From the NCBI GenBank assembly GCA_021158185.1, contig JAGGVC010000056.1, positions 714 through 64,713 on the forward strand: a stretch of DNA of 64,000 nt. Reading direction: 5' to 3'. The translations under genes were made by a program, and so were the position numbers. This stretch comes from a bacterium. GTDB taxonomy: Bacteria; 4484-113; JAGGVC01. Below are positions 29,285 through 38,347 of this stretch, piece by piece (the first letter of the stretch is position 1; each line of letters starts with the position of its first letter). The notes beneath the pieces are model-generated. The model was not told the origin of the DNA. It saw only the letters and a program-made list of their open reading frames with translations, and made no database searches.

Positions 29285-30070
29285 CTAGATCAGCTTCCTG
29301 CGAACGAGAATCACCTTGCCGAGAATCGACAGTTCGTCGGGATCTGTTATCGTAACGGGTGGATACTCCGGATTGCAGGGTTGCAGTACGAAAACCTCGC
29401 CAAGGCAGTAGAACTTCTTCAGCGTGATATCCACGCCCTGATAGCCCACCGCTGCGATGTCGCCATTCTCAACGTGCGAGCTCGGGCTGACGATCACGAT
29501 GTCGTCTTCCAGAATACCCGCGTTTACCATCGAACTGCCCCTGACGCGCAATGCAAACGCCTTTGGATCATAGCCGATTTCTTCTTCAGTAAGGATAATC
29601 TGCTCAATATTGTCGAAGTCGTGAACCACGTTCGCTTCATCGAAAGCACCGGCAGGTATACGATCGTATACAGGCACAGGACGCCGCTGGTGACGCGCCC
29701 TGGTATCAAACGCGGGATCACGGGGAGAAACGGGGCTTTTTTCCATTGTGGCAACGATGTTCTTGAGGTCCTGAATCGTCTTTGAAATGTCCTTACGCGG
29801 CGCCATCGCTCCAGCTTTCGGCACAATCGTAAAATCGTCGCTGATGAGTCCGCTTGCCTGAACGAGATCTTCGTAGGTCGTAGGCAAAACTTTTGCCATC
29901 TTTTTCATGATCTTTGGACTCGGCCTGCGCTCGCCGTTTTCGATTCGTGACAGGTAACTGTTGTTGATGCCGATTTGTTCTGCAAGCTCATGCTGCGCGA
30001 ACCCCGCACTGATTCTCAGATTCCGAATCAAACGGCCAATCTCCAGAAAAGGCTTTTCTGAATTACTCAA
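29285..30070 (-). CDS. XRE-family HTH / S24 (LexA-like) peptidase repressor
   Basis: HTH segment LIRNLRISAGFAQHELAEQIGINNSYLSRIENGERRPS. S24 domain FALRVRGSSMVNAGILEDDIVIV...LKK. The TTG at 30070 is preceded by GGAGGG; the track start is 30139. Confidence 0.8.
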   Translation of the reverse strand: MSNSEKPFLEIGRLIRNLRISAGFAQHELAEQIGINNSYLSRIENGERRPSPKIMKKMAKVLPTTYEDLVQASGLISDDFTIVPKAGAMAPRKDISKTIQDLKNIVATMEKSPVSPRDPAFDTRARHQRRPVPVYDRIPAGAFDEANVVHDFDNIEQIILTEEEIGYDPKAFALRVRGSSMVNAGILEDDIVIVSPSSHVENGDIAAVGYQGVDITLKKFYCLGEVFVLQPCNPEYPPVTITDPDELSILGKVILVRRKLI

Positions 30071-30261
30071 GATTGCCCTCCAATAATACACATTGCCCTG
30101 ACGATACATCTGAAATGTCAGACTTCCCAAAAAAAACAACGAAACAAATCCTACGCATCAAGTATAACATAATAATACTCACGATGGCATGGTTATGCAA
30201 CCTCGCTTGCATTACATTTCATTCCACTAGCCTTCACTCAATAATCTTGACGTTCATGCGA

Positions 30262-31320
30262 CTAAACATGTTCTATCTTGGACAATGATATCCTGTTTTG
30301 CGAGTAGAGCCAAGTGGCAGCGAGAATCGAAATTATTATGGCAAAAAGAACAGTGGTACAAGCGATGCCCCCTTCGAGCCCGAATGCGCCGCCGCCGACA
30401 ATTCCTCTGTCTGCAAGCCTGAAGGAAACTATGTGCTGTCCGGTTCCAATCACGATTCCACTGACAGGTAGATCGTACACCTCATAACTGAAATTCCACA
30501 GCCAGTGCGCACCTATCGCAGCGTAAAATCCCCCCTTACGATATGCGAGAAATGCGAAAAGGACTCCTGCGAGGAAAATGTTTATTAGAGCCAAGGATGT
30601 CAAATTGGGATTGGATGAATGAGCAAGCGAGAATGCCACAGCCTGAGCCATCAAAATTACCGTGAAGGCGATAACAAAAAACACTGTTCTTATGGAACGG
30701 CTTGCGAAAACATCTGTCGCGTAAGGGAATGCTGGAAACCGTGATAATGCAGACAACCTGAGTATCGAATTGTATTTTACGCGTATCTGGCCTGATTCAG
30801 GGCCTTTCAGGAAAGGCAGTTCGGAATCCGGAAGCTCACCGCCAAGAGTGTCCATTCCGGCAGAGCTTATGTCAGCATACGGCTCTTCCCTGCAATCGCT
30901 GTGGCGTGCGTATTTCCTCAAGCCAAGATCGATCATCGCCTGGACTATCCAAAGCGGGATGAGGAACAGAAGCCCGCGAAAAATGAGCTCCTCGTTGAGA
31001 GAGACAGTGAGAAATCCTGATAGGAGCTTCCACCAGTCTGTTCGGATATCCGCTGCAAGGCCGAACGAATCGTCAATGCCGAATCCGATGAATTCAGCCT
31101 GGCCGAACGCCCACGCAATCATGAGCATTATGCTCGGAGCGGCAAAGCCGATAGTCATTCCCAAGGCAAGCTGCTTCGCCGCAACAGGAATACCGGGCAG
31201 GATAAATCGTCTTCCATAGTGCCGGAGAGGAAATGCGGAAAGGCCGATCAGAACCACAAATAATGCAAGCGAAATCAGCAGTTCCAAAGGCGAGAAACCA
31301 GGAAGATATGCCCGCGTCAT
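30262..31320 (-). CDS. CPBP-family intramembrane glutamic endopeptidase (CAAX protease/Abi family)
   Basis: Motifs NEELIFRG, FSLAHS and HWLWNF in a multi-pass membrane protein. Confidence 0.8.
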   Translation of the reverse strand: MTRAYLPGFSPLELLISLALFVVLIGLSAFPLRHYGRRFILPGIPVAAKQLALGMTIGFAAPSIMLMIAWAFGQAEFIGFGIDDSFGLAADIRTDWWKLLSGFLTVSLNEELIFRGLLFLIPLWIVQAMIDLGLRKYARHSDCREEPYADISSAGMDTLGGELPDSELPFLKGPESGQIRVKYNSILRLSALSRFPAFPYATDVFASRSIRTVFFVIAFTVILMAQAVAFSLAHSSNPNLTSLALINIFLAGVLFAFLAYRKGGFYAAIGAHWLWNFSYEVYDLPVSGIVIGTGQHIVSFRLADRGIVGGGAFGLEGGIACTTVLFAIIISILAATWLYSQNRISLSKIEHV

Positions 31321-31937
31321 AAGTCCATTTCGACCGCGTCAGTGATTTCGATAATGCCGGTAGACAGATCGATACTCATGGATTTACCTTTTGCCGTGAA
31401 CTGCGGGTCGTTCATCTCAACGTTGTGCGCGGTAATCACGGCGGCGTCTTCGCTCCAGGCAAGCCTGTCCGCAGTGAAGCTCTGGTGCTTTTCAGTAATC
31501 TCGCCCCGGACATATCCTTCGATTTCGGCTGTTTTGCCTGAAACACGGTACTTGCAATCACGCGCATCAATAGACAGCTTCCCGCCCGTTTCAAGCGTGA
31601 ATTCGGCCGTGATTTCGCGCACGCCAATGACCTCACTTTCACCGATGATTGCATCTGTGAAAAGCCTGAGCTTGATCGAGCCGTCCGATTCGCTGATAAC
31701 GATCTCCGCGCGTTCCACCGTAAAATCCGGCGGCTTGTTCGGATCGAACGAATGCTCTCCAATTTCGGACTTGAGCTTGGCCTGCGCGGTTATTGCCGTT
31801 TCATCAACCGGATTCTTCCTTGCAAGGCTGATAAGCGTAATCACCACCAGAAAAACTACGATGGCTGCGCTCCACAGGAAAGCGTAGGCGTCAAATCCTC
31901 TTTTCCGCCTTCGCCCCTGAACTGTACGATCAACCAT
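31317..31937 (-). CDS. Hypothetical membrane-anchored protein (possible LptC/OstA-like beta fold)
   Basis: Single N-terminal TM helix followed by a beta-rich ~150 aa. There is a 4-nt overlap with the downstream CPBP gene. The fold assignment is a guess. Confidence 0.3.
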   Translation of the reverse strand: MVDRTVQGRRRKRGFDAYAFLWSAAIVVFLVVITLISLARKNPVDETAITAQAKLKSEIGEHSFDPNKPPDFTVERAEIVISESDGSIKLRLFTDAIIGESEVIGVREITAEFTLETGGKLSIDARDCKYRVSGKTAEIEGYVRGEITEKHQSFTADRLAWSEDAAVITAHNVEMNDPQFTAKGKSMSIDLSTGIIEITDAVEMDL

Positions 31938-32061
31938 TATCTGTTCCCCCCACCCTTCATTTTCGCAGGTGCTTTTGCTCCCAAGAGAGCGTAATCACGG
32001 GCGATTCTTCAATACATCGAGGTTCTTGCCGCTTCCTGAAGGATCGCCTTCGTCCGCCAAG

Positions 32062-32616
32062 CTAAAACTGAACCTTCGGCACTTCCTTTTCTTCGGGGAT
32101 CTCGATCTCGAAATACTCTTCCAGGCCGAATCCCGCCATCCCGGCCACGATGCTTGCGGGGAACTGCATCCGCGTGGTTTCGTACACCATAACGACATCG
32201 TTGTAATGCTGACGGGCGTATGCAATTTTCGATTCTATGCCTGCAAGTTCCTCCTGGAGCATCAGGAAGTTCTGATTGGCCTTGAGATCGGGATATGCTT
32301 CGCTTACCGCAAAAAGGCTTCTTAACGTCGAGGTCAGGAAATTCTCGGCTTTCTGCTGTTCCTGCACATTTGACGCATCGACGGCCATCTGCCGCGCTTT
32401 GGTGACATTCTCAAGCGTTTCCCTTTCGTGCGCGGCATAGCCCTTGACAGTTTCGACGAGGTTGGGAACAAGGTCGTAGCGCTTCTTGAGCTGGACATCG
32501 ATCTGCGCCCAGCTTGCTCTGACATCCTGCCTTTTTCTCACAAGTCCGTTGTAGATGCCGATGAAGATGATTATTACAACCAGAACAAGGGCGACGACAA
32601 AAATCAAATAAGGCAC
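32062..32616 (-). CDS. lemA: LemA family protein
   Basis: YNGLVRKRQDVRASWAQIDVQLKKRYDLVPNLVETVKGYAAHERETL. Confidence 0.9.
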   Translation of the reverse strand: MPYLIFVVALVLVVIIIFIGIYNGLVRKRQDVRASWAQIDVQLKKRYDLVPNLVETVKGYAAHERETLENVTKARQMAVDASNVQEQQKAENFLTSTLRSLFAVSEAYPDLKANQNFLMLQEELAGIESKIAYARQHYNDVVMVYETTRMQFPASIVAGMAGFGLEEYFEIEIPEEKEVPKVQF

Positions 32617-32777
32617 AGGAAGCCTCCTTGGAGAGAAGATTCGAAAGGGATTATATCACGGTGAACTCATACAGAAATCAAAATGGCTGAAATGCTCTCC
32701 CTTATAAGGCATTTGGAAAAAGATCGATGCAGCGAAATATTCTGCAGTATCAGATACTGTCGATTGGATTTGAGTCG

Positions 32778-33233
32778 CTAGAATCCAAGTTCCCTGTCGA
32801 GCTGTTTTGCATCGGGAGTAAGCGGTGTGACGTCGTTAGTCTCCAAGCTCAGCTTCCAGCGGTAAACTTTCGGCTCGCTTGCTCTGGGGGGCGTTGCAGT
32901 CCAGAGATAGAATATTTCACCTTCCCTGATGAAGGGTTCGGACGGTACAACGAGATAGTCGAGCTTGCTGAGCTTGTCGAAGTAGGCCTCGTATTCCTTG
33001 ATCCTCTGTTGCGGCTCGGAATAATCGGTGGTTCTGATTTCACCAAGTACATTCATAAAATAATCGGTGGCATAGATCCCCGCGCAAATGACTGCGAGAA
33101 GAATGAGCGAAAGCAGAATCAGGAGCAGATTTCCCAATACACTTAGGACTACATACACCGTGCTTCTGCGGCGGATTACCTTCTTCTTGTGCCTCGTCTG
33201 TTTTTTGGCAGTACTTTTTTCTTTCGCCATCAT
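32778..33233 (-). CDS. Hypothetical membrane-anchored protein
   Basis: Basic N-terminus followed by TM helix VVLSVLGNLLLILLSLILLAVICAGIY. The ATGATG overlap with the upstream ORF's stop suggests translational coupling. Confidence 0.4.
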   Translation of the reverse strand: MMAKEKSTAKKQTRHKKKVIRRRSTVYVVLSVLGNLLLILLSLILLAVICAGIYATDYFMNVLGEIRTTDYSEPQQRIKEYEAYFDKLSKLDYLVVPSEPFIREGEIFYLWTATPPRASEPKVYRWKLSLETNDVTPLTPDAKQLDRELGF

Positions 33234-33535
33234 ACGGATTTCGCCCCAGGCTTTCTAATTGCCGCTCTTTGCCAGGCTTCGATTTTACTGAGGAATCCTT
33301 CGTCATCGGCAGACAGAGGGTTTCCGTCGGCGGGGATTTTCCTCCATTGAGCGAGTCTCTTTCTGGCAGTGATGTCGTTGATAACACCTCGCGCAGTCGA
33401 GCATCTGTTTTTGATGAACTTGTTTACGCGACTGAATGATGCGCCGCTCCTTGCGCCACGACCGAGGAGCAGGAGTCCGACAAGCGAGATACCGATCAGC
33501 CCCAGTCCAACCCAAGATAAATCACCGTAATACAC
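33230..33535 (-). CDS. Hypothetical small membrane protein
   Basis: TM helix WVGLGLIGISLVGLLLLG. The GTG start overlaps the upstream stop by 1 nt (TAGTG). Confidence 0.35.
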   Translation of the reverse strand: MYYGDLSWVGLGLIGISLVGLLLLGRGARSGASFSRVNKFIKNRCSTARGVINDITARKRLAQWRKIPADGNPLSADDEGFLSKIEAWQRAAIRKPGAKSV

Positions 33536-34503
33536 TATTCGTCCACCGGAAAGGCGTTGCCCTTCCTCTCACTAATTATCGTCGAAAAATTGAATTTCTC
33601 AAGCTCTGCGCTCACTTGAACAGCACGTTCGAATGTGTCGTAGATGCCTTCGATGAAAAATTTGTCGCCGATAACAACGATCTGCGGCTCGAAACACTCG
33701 GGGAAACGTCCGGTGTCGAGAAGCTCGAATGCCCTCTCGACGCTCTCGATGCCGATAACCTGCACGACGTTGATACGAGGAATATCTACATTGTTCTTGA
33801 ATTTGATATCGAGTGCAAGACGAGCGGGATCGTCAACTTCGATCACCTTGAACATCGCCGGACGGGTTATGAAAAACTCAAGCTGCATCACGCGGCCATG
33901 CGAATCCGCAACCAGGCTGAAAGGCAAGGCGTTCTTGCGCTGGACGATTGCGTCGTCGTAGTAGTTTACACCGCTGAAGGTTATGGAATATCTGTACGGG
34001 CAGGTTCTGTATTCAACCTTGTATTTCGGAAGAACTTCGGTCTGCACAATTCGCCCCGATTCACGGTCCACAACGCCGAAATCGATAACGATCCGCCGGA
34101 AATCCGGATGCTTGCCGAACCTGAAACCGGTAACCATTATGCCGTTGTCAACCTTGCCGCCCGCAAAGTAGCCGCTGTCCTTGAATTCCGCCGGTGTCTT
34201 CCGTTCAGCTTCCGCGTCGTTTTCCGGCTTGACGCTCTCTTCGTCCGTGACATCGGGATTTTCCCTTGGAATGATGGAAGGGGGCGTTGATTCCGTTTCA
34301 TCCTGCGTCATTACTCCACTCTCACTCTGATAATCCGGTGGAAGCGGGCCGATAATGTAATTAAGCTCGCCGTTTCGTACAGCCGAAATATGCGGCGCAC
34401 CGTTCGAACTCAACACCGCGTATTTCATCACGACCCCGCCGACGATAATCAGTGCAAGAATCGTTAGAAGCAGCGGACTTCTCCTTCTTGGCCTGAATTT
34501 CAT
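33535..34503 (-). CDS. Hypothetical membrane-anchored protein (AMIN-like middle, SPOR-like C-terminus possible)
   Basis: N-terminal TM helix LLLTILALIIVGGVV. RRIVIDFG...KYKVEY is AMIN-like. The C-terminal ~75 aa have a SPOR-like pattern. Domain calls are by eye only. Confidence 0.4.
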   Translation of the reverse strand: MKFRPRRRSPLLLTILALIIVGGVVMKYAVLSSNGAPHISAVRNGELNYIIGPLPPDYQSESGVMTQDETESTPPSIIPRENPDVTDEESVKPENDAEAERKTPAEFKDSGYFAGGKVDNGIMVTGFRFGKHPDFRRIVIDFGVVDRESGRIVQTEVLPKYKVEYRTCPYRYSITFSGVNYYDDAIVQRKNALPFSLVADSHGRVMQLEFFITRPAMFKVIEVDDPARLALDIKFKNNVDIPRINVVQVIGIESVERAFELLDTGRFPECFEPQIVVIGDKFFIEGIYDTFERAVQVSAELEKFNFSTIISERKGNAFPVDE

Positions 34504-34611
34504 CTCTCACCCCGCCCAAAACGGGCAAAGTTGAATTTGGCAGCAAAACCGACAACACGTAAGGCGGCGATACCCTGAAAATATATCAGTAAATCACGAT
34601 GTAGTCAAGAA

Positions 34612-34673
34612 TTATCAACAATCACCGAGCGCCGATGTAGATAAATTGTGGATAAGTGAGCAACTTATCAACA
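34612..34673. promoter_or_regulatory. Cluster of three DnaA-box-like 9-mers
   Basis: TTATCAACA (34612-20), TGTGGATAA (34647-55, a perfect reverse box) and TTATCAACA (34665-73), in the intergenic region upstream of the 34503 gene start. Confidence 0.35.
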
Positions 34674-34922
34674 TTTGCCGGCGCAAATCCACGCCCTTCC
34701 ACAGGAATCAACCGATTTGCGCATCCGAACACATTCAAGTTATGAAGCGCGTCCTGAGTTGCGAACGACGACTGTGCGGTTCGCGCGCGCGAAAGTGCGG
34801 TTTAGAATGCTGAATCGGGATCGACGCGTCACGACCAGGATTGCATTGGCACAGGACGAGCGTTTACTCCCCGGCAGGAACGATGTGTGCCTCGTGCATT
34901 GCTATATCCGCTTAGCGCTGTT

Positions 34923-36686
34923 TTACTCCGACTTGCGGAAGCCGAAAACGCCTACCTTGCGCTCCACGACCGCCTCTTCCGGCTCATCGTACTGGTCGCC
35001 TGGTACGCAGGTCGGGTACGGGAACTTGACGAAGATCGGCTGGATGAACTTCGCATGCTTGAGGAGGAAAGTTCCGCGCGGAATAGTCGTAAGGCGGTTT
35101 CGGACCTCCTCTGTGAGCCAGGCGTACTCAACCGTCATAAGCTCTGCCGGGCCTGTACGGCCATAGATGATCGTCGAGCTGTTGTCCACGACTTGGCGGT
35201 CGATCTGGCTCATGAACTGCTCTACGCCGAAGAGTGACACACCGAGCGAACGTCCGCGGGCCGCGATCTCGATGAGCGACTGCTTGATGGGCGCTCGGAC
35301 GTTCGGGTCGCGCGGGACGAACTTGTTGAGCTCGTCGATGAAGAATATGGCTGTGTCGAAGTCCTTCTTCTCGTTCTTGTCCACAAGAATGTTGTATACC
35401 TTCTTCAGTATCTTATTGAATACCATCATCTGACCGCGGTCGTTCATAGACTGGATGTCTATGACGAATATGCTGCCGTTGTGGAGGTCGCCGAGCGGGA
35501 TATCAACGGGATCGATTCCGCCAGTACAAATCAGGCCTTCGTAAAGGCCTGCAAGCGAGTCGAGGTTCTTAAGCGCCTTATAGAACACTTCCTTGATGTG
35601 GCCGCGCCAGTGTGTAATGCGCGCGTTGGCGATGGTTCGGCGTTCCTCGTTGAGCCAGTCCATCAGCTCATCGTACGTGCGGAGCGGCTGACGTTCGATC
35701 TGCTCAACAATATCTATCCAACACGCCTCAACCGGCTCGTCCCACACCTCTGGATCGAATAGCTCCGGAATGTCTTTCACGATCTGCCCAAGCTCCCAGA
35801 TGAAATACTCGACCTTGCCGTCGCGGCGGAAGCTCTTCGTGTGGCCCTCGTAACGCCTGTCGTATGGAGCAAAAACGCGCACGTTCTCGAACGGCTTCAG
35901 TTCGACCTCAAGCTCGTCGTACATACGCAGGCACTTCTGGATGTACGGATCATCGCGGTTTTCCGGTTCGTAAACGGGATTCGGCTTGTCGAGGTAAAGC
36001 ATGTCCTTACCCTTGACGTTGAAGAAGACGGCGCAAATGCGGCGCTGCTCGCTCTTGATCATCTTATCGAGGATGGACTTCAGCAGGAACTCGACGAGCG
36101 ACGTTTTCGTGGCGAGACCTGAGATACCGGACATGTTCATGTGGGAGCCTTCCGGGCCGAGCAGGAACGTGTCGTCGAGGAAAATCGGGATGAAGCTCCC
36201 GTCGCCGTTCTCCATAATGCCGATCGGTACGCCTCGGCCTTCCGAAACGTAGTCGCTCATTCCAAGCCCCCAGCCTACGCCCACAGGTGTTGCAAAGAAG
36301 ACCTGGCCTCGCGCGAGAGGCTTGACCCTGTCCTCGGTATTGCGAATTACGAGTACCTTCGCAATATGCATCTCGGCAATGTCGCTAGGCGGTTCCACGT
36401 TCGGGTCGCCGAAGTCGTGGCTGATGTAATCCGTAAGGTAATTATCGATGTCCATTATCGCTCTGAGCTCGACAACCGAGCCGAGCGTAACATGGCCGTT
36501 TTCGGTCACGCAGGCCACGATATTACCAAGCTCCACGCTTTCCTCCCCTTCACCGAGCCAGAAGTGAAATTCGGACGCTGTGTTGGGGTTGATTTTTGTG
36601 GACATTGCTTTGCCGATCGGCCCGAAATCGAAATTAACATAATCAGGGAACTTGCATCGATCCTTCCATTCAAATTTCTTTCCCAT
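34923..36686 (-). CDS. HerA-like (COG0433/DUF87-type) ATPase
   Basis: Walker B IFFIDELNKF. The downstream IAARGRSLGVSLFGVEQFMSQIDRQVVDNSSTIIYGRT is typical of HerA. The P-loop is deviant (SGISGLATKTS). The ATG at 36686 is preceded by AAGGAGGA; the track start is 36752. Confidence 0.65.
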   Translation of the reverse strand: MGKKFEWKDRCKFPDYVNFDFGPIGKAMSTKINPNTASEFHFWLGEGEESVELGNIVACVTENGHVTLGSVVELRAIMDIDNYLTDYISHDFGDPNVEPPSDIAEMHIAKVLVIRNTEDRVKPLARGQVFFATPVGVGWGLGMSDYVSEGRGVPIGIMENGDGSFIPIFLDDTFLLGPEGSHMNMSGISGLATKTSLVEFLLKSILDKMIKSEQRRICAVFFNVKGKDMLYLDKPNPVYEPENRDDPYIQKCLRMYDELEVELKPFENVRVFAPYDRRYEGHTKSFRRDGKVEYFIWELGQIVKDIPELFDPEVWDEPVEACWIDIVEQIERQPLRTYDELMDWLNEERRTIANARITHWRGHIKEVFYKALKNLDSLAGLYEGLICTGGIDPVDIPLGDLHNGSIFVIDIQSMNDRGQMMVFNKILKKVYNILVDKNEKKDFDTAIFFIDELNKFVPRDPNVRAPIKQSLIEIAARGRSLGVSLFGVEQFMSQIDRQVVDNSSTIIYGRTGPAELMTVEYAWLTEEVRNRLTTIPRGTFLLKHAKFIQPIFVKFPYPTCVPGDQYDEPEEAVVERKVGVFGFRKSE

Positions 36687-36752
36687 CTTTATTCCTCCTT
36701 GCCGGCGAAAACCGCCATCCAGTTTTTCAGGCGTTGCCGCCGAAAACAACAT

Positions 36753-37802
36753 CTACGCCCGGTCAAAAAACGACCGGATTGTTTCATGCGTGGGCACGAT
36801 TCCATCCAGGTAAGTGCGACAGAGCTTTATGGGAAAGATAAGCTTGTCCCAGCCCTTTGCGGGAAACGTTGCAGGCTGCCTCTCTTTGAGCAGAACAAAT
36901 GTCATCCATTCAGCTTTCTCAACCGCTTCTCCGTCCGAGCCCGCGATGATGACCGGCTTGATAAGGCCGAATTCGGGGCCGTGGCGCGTATGCTCGCGCA
37001 GCTTGATGAACCAGGCGTATTTCGTTGTAGCGCCATCATCGTCATCACGGAAGAGCTTGAACACGCTCGTACGCTGAAAGCTCGAAAGCTCCAGGTGTTT
37101 GACGCCCGCTTCCTTTGCGCCTTTGAACGGAAGGTAAACGGTCTTGCTCAATCCGATCACACGCGGACTTAGCTTGCCGTTTTCATCTTCGAGAGTGCTC
37201 CCATTGTGAATGAGATAATCGCCGTCACCCTTCGTCGCTTCAAACCATTCGGAGAGAAGCTCGATCTTCATTTTTGTAAGCTCGCGGTGCGCAATCTGAA
37301 TCGATTGAACTCGAATCTGCGTGTAGTCTGAAGTGGAGATTTCAGTATCTACAACCTCAATCTCTCTGTGTGCGGAATCAACAGACGAGCGGTCTTCCAG
37401 AAATGCAGACGGCAGAAGCACCAAGTGTTTCAATCTCGGCGCGCCCCATACTTTGAATTTGCGCTCCTGCCTTTCGAGGATGATGCTCGATATGATGCAG
37501 TAGTGGATCGGCACCTGAAAGCCGAGTGGAGTTATGAAATGTCCGATAAGCTGTGTGCGCTGGTTGGTATCGAGGAAATATGAAATTCTCCCTGGTATGC
37601 CCTGCGTTGGTTGCGCGTTGTAGAACCTTTCCTTGTCGTGATCCTCGACATTGCGAAGGGTGTATTCACGCTCGTTGTCGCGAAGGCGATAGATATCTTC
37701 CTCGAGTTGCGGGATTGGCGATGTATGACCGCCTACGTTCATAAGCACGTCCATAACATGTTGAAGCGTATTACGCTCGATGACAACCTGTTCAGGTTTC
37801 AT
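36753..37802 (-). CDS. NurA-like (RNase H-fold nuclease family) protein, partner of the HerA-like ATPase
   Basis: The motif order resembles NurA: SYFLDTNQ, AHRELTKMKIE, DYLIHNGSTLE, RVIGLSKTVY, LIFPIKLCRTYL. The assignment is from memory of the family pattern. Confidence 0.45.
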   Translation of the reverse strand: MKPEQVVIERNTLQHVMDVLMNVGGHTSPIPQLEEDIYRLRDNEREYTLRNVEDHDKERFYNAQPTQGIPGRISYFLDTNQRTQLIGHFITPLGFQVPIHYCIISSIILERQERKFKVWGAPRLKHLVLLPSAFLEDRSSVDSAHREIEVVDTEISTSDYTQIRVQSIQIAHRELTKMKIELLSEWFEATKGDGDYLIHNGSTLEDENGKLSPRVIGLSKTVYLPFKGAKEAGVKHLELSSFQRTSVFKLFRDDDDGATTKYAWFIKLREHTRHGPEFGLIKPVIIAGSDGEAVEKAEWMTFVLLKERQPATFPAKGWDKLIFPIKLCRTYLDGIVPTHETIRSFFDRA

Positions 37803-37813
37803 AATGCCAAAAC

Positions 37814-38143
37814 CTACCCGTTTCTCACGATGAATTCAATGTGCGAGTAATCACGCGTAATAATGTCGCGCTGTAGCTCGCCGAGTCTTGCAGAATATTC
37901 ATCCTCTCCGACGCGAATTACGAACTCCATCTCATCTCGCGGATTGCCGCCATCGGCATCAACCATTGCAGCAACGCGGTTTATGATGGATTCGACCTCG
38001 CTTCGTTGGAAAGACAGAGGAATGGAGCCGTCGATTCCGCGTCCGTAAATGTTGCCGGGCAGTATGCCTTCCTTGCGCACCCGGCCTACTTCAGGACTTC
38101 CGCTGGATTCTCGCGGCTCCGCATTCAGAACGATTTTTTCCAT
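37814..38143 (-). CDS. rplY: 50S ribosomal protein L25 (short form)
   Basis: MEKIVLNAEPRESSGSPEVGRVRKEGILPGNIYGRG. AGGAGG lies upstream of the ATG at 38143 (track start 38179). Confidence 0.85.
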   Translation of the reverse strand: MEKIVLNAEPRESSGSPEVGRVRKEGILPGNIYGRGIDGSIPLSFQRSEVESIINRVAAMVDADGGNPRDEMEFVIRVGEDEYSARLGELQRDIITRDYSHIEFIVRNG

Positions 38144-38301
38144 TACGCCAACCTCCTGACCGAAAGCCGATTGTAGCATAAGTGAGCGACTATGCTATGT
38201 GGAATCGCGCAAGCCGGGAGGAAGAATAACCGGGGAACAGGGCGACGTAGCCTTCGGTGGTGCTATGCAGTCGTCACATGCAAGTCGGTATGATCGGATG
38301 C

Positions 38302-38310
38302 TGATATAAT
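38302..38310 (+). promoter_or_regulatory. Extended -10 promoter element (TGATATAAT)
   Basis: TGnTATAAT lies ~38 nt upstream of the ATG at 38348, with GGAGGAG as the SD. Confidence 0.45.
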
Positions 38311-38347
38311 CGGACTCGGCAGGAATCGAGGAGCAATCGGAGGAGCA

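Noticed and set aside
34560-34700. Interpreting the DnaA-box cluster as the chromosomal origin (oriC)
   Set aside because: Genes on both sides run in the same (minus) direction rather than diverging. No dnaA/dnaN is nearby and there are only three boxes. A regulatory role or chance remains more likely without GC-skew data.
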